A stretch of DNA of 64,000 nucleotides, from IMG/VR virus record IMGVR_UViG_3300010344_000600, positions 18,039 to 82,038 of that record, one strand, 5' to 3'. The DNA is from a virus. Lineage: Duplodnaviria; Caudoviricetes. Positions 63,637 through 64,000 of this stretch are shown piece after piece. The position numbers and the translations under genes were made by a program. The notes below the pieces were generated by a model. That model did no database searches and was not told the DNA's origin. It saw only the letters and a program-made list of their open reading frames with translations. Numbering within the stretch: the first letter of the stretch is position 1; every line of letters begins with the position of its first letter.

Positions 63637-63998
63637 TCGAAACCCTACTGCTCAACTGGAAACTTGTCGTCATCGGCGCGCTGCTCGTTGGTCTTGGCAT
63701 GATGTCGTCCCTCTACGTCAGCAAGCGCGACGAACTGATTACCTTCACCGCGCAGGTAGAAGCCGCTGGACTTGCGCAACAGGCCAAGAACGCCGAGACG
63801 AAGGCGCGCTACGAAGACAATTTGATCACTATCCGGAGCGAACATGAAGCCCACGTCAATGAAATACGCGACAGCGCTGTTGCTGCTTACCGCGCTCACT
63901 TTGCCGGCGTGCGGACATACCCCGGTCGCCGTGGAGTGCCCAGCGCTCCCGCCAGTCTCAAGCTGGATGATGACCCCAAGCAAGAACTCGTTCTTGAT
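63633..63998 (+). CDS. Inner-membrane spanin (Rz-like), 3'-truncated by the window
   Basis: ATGA overlap; N-terminal TM followed by a coiled coil; not in the ORF track (no stop in the window). Confidence 0.75.
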   Translation, partial: MIETLLLNWKLVVIGALLVGLGMMSSLYVSKRDELITFTAQVEAAGLAQQAKNAETKARYEDNLITIRSEHEAHVNEIRDSAVAAYRAHFAGVRTYPGRRGVPSAPASLKLDDDPKQELVLD

Positions 63999-63999
63999 C
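63844..63999 (+). CDS. Outer-membrane spanin lipoprotein (Rz1-like), embedded in the +1 frame, 3'-truncated
   Basis: MKPTSMKYATALLLLTALTLPAC-GHTPVAVECPALPP: lipobox followed by a Pro-rich tract. Confidence 0.75.
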   Translation, partial: MKPTSMKYATALLLLTALTLPACGHTPVAVECPALPPVSSWMMTPSKNSFLI

Positions 64000-64000
64000 C

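Noticed and set aside
1-64000. Integrase, att site or protelomerase
   Set aside because: No tyrosine/serine recombinase or telomere-resolvase motifs were recognised; they could lie outside the window.

Overview
The whole 64 kb window is one temperate tailed-phage genome segment, probably from a proteobacterial host (inference from gene families). No host chromosomal genes, tRNAs, CRISPR arrays or integrase were seen. Left to right: (1) the 3' part of a giant polyvalent protein gene, open to the window edge and >5,060 aa (pyrophosphatase-like, LPD1, N6-adenine MTase, strawberry-notch-type SF2 helicase, two zincins, PLxRFG). (2) A plasmid-type maintenance module: parA, a small ParG-like gene, a WGR-like gene, an HTH Rep gene, then a DnaA box, an AT-rich tract and three GGTCC-N6-GGACC palindromes. 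This suggests a phage-plasmid. (3) A leftward early operon (RecE/RecT, SMC-like ATPase, RdgC) interrupted by a complete ISL3 element (24-bp IRs, 8-bp TSD) that carries a PAPS-reductase-like passenger gene. (4) A CI/Cro switch, lambdoid O/P-like replication genes and a nin-like region with many HNH endonucleases. (5) A leftward small-gene operon with an operator-containing promoter, and a candidate structured ncRNA. (6) terS, GIY-YIG, terL, portal, scaffold, N4-gp56-family capsid, adaptors and a lysis cassette. The most striking feature is a ~645-nt insertion in the C5 DNA methyltransferase gene: it stays stop-free in the methylase frame while encoding a complete HNH endonuclease in another frame, with no intein or intron hallmarks. 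All family assignments come from motif recognition, not database searches.
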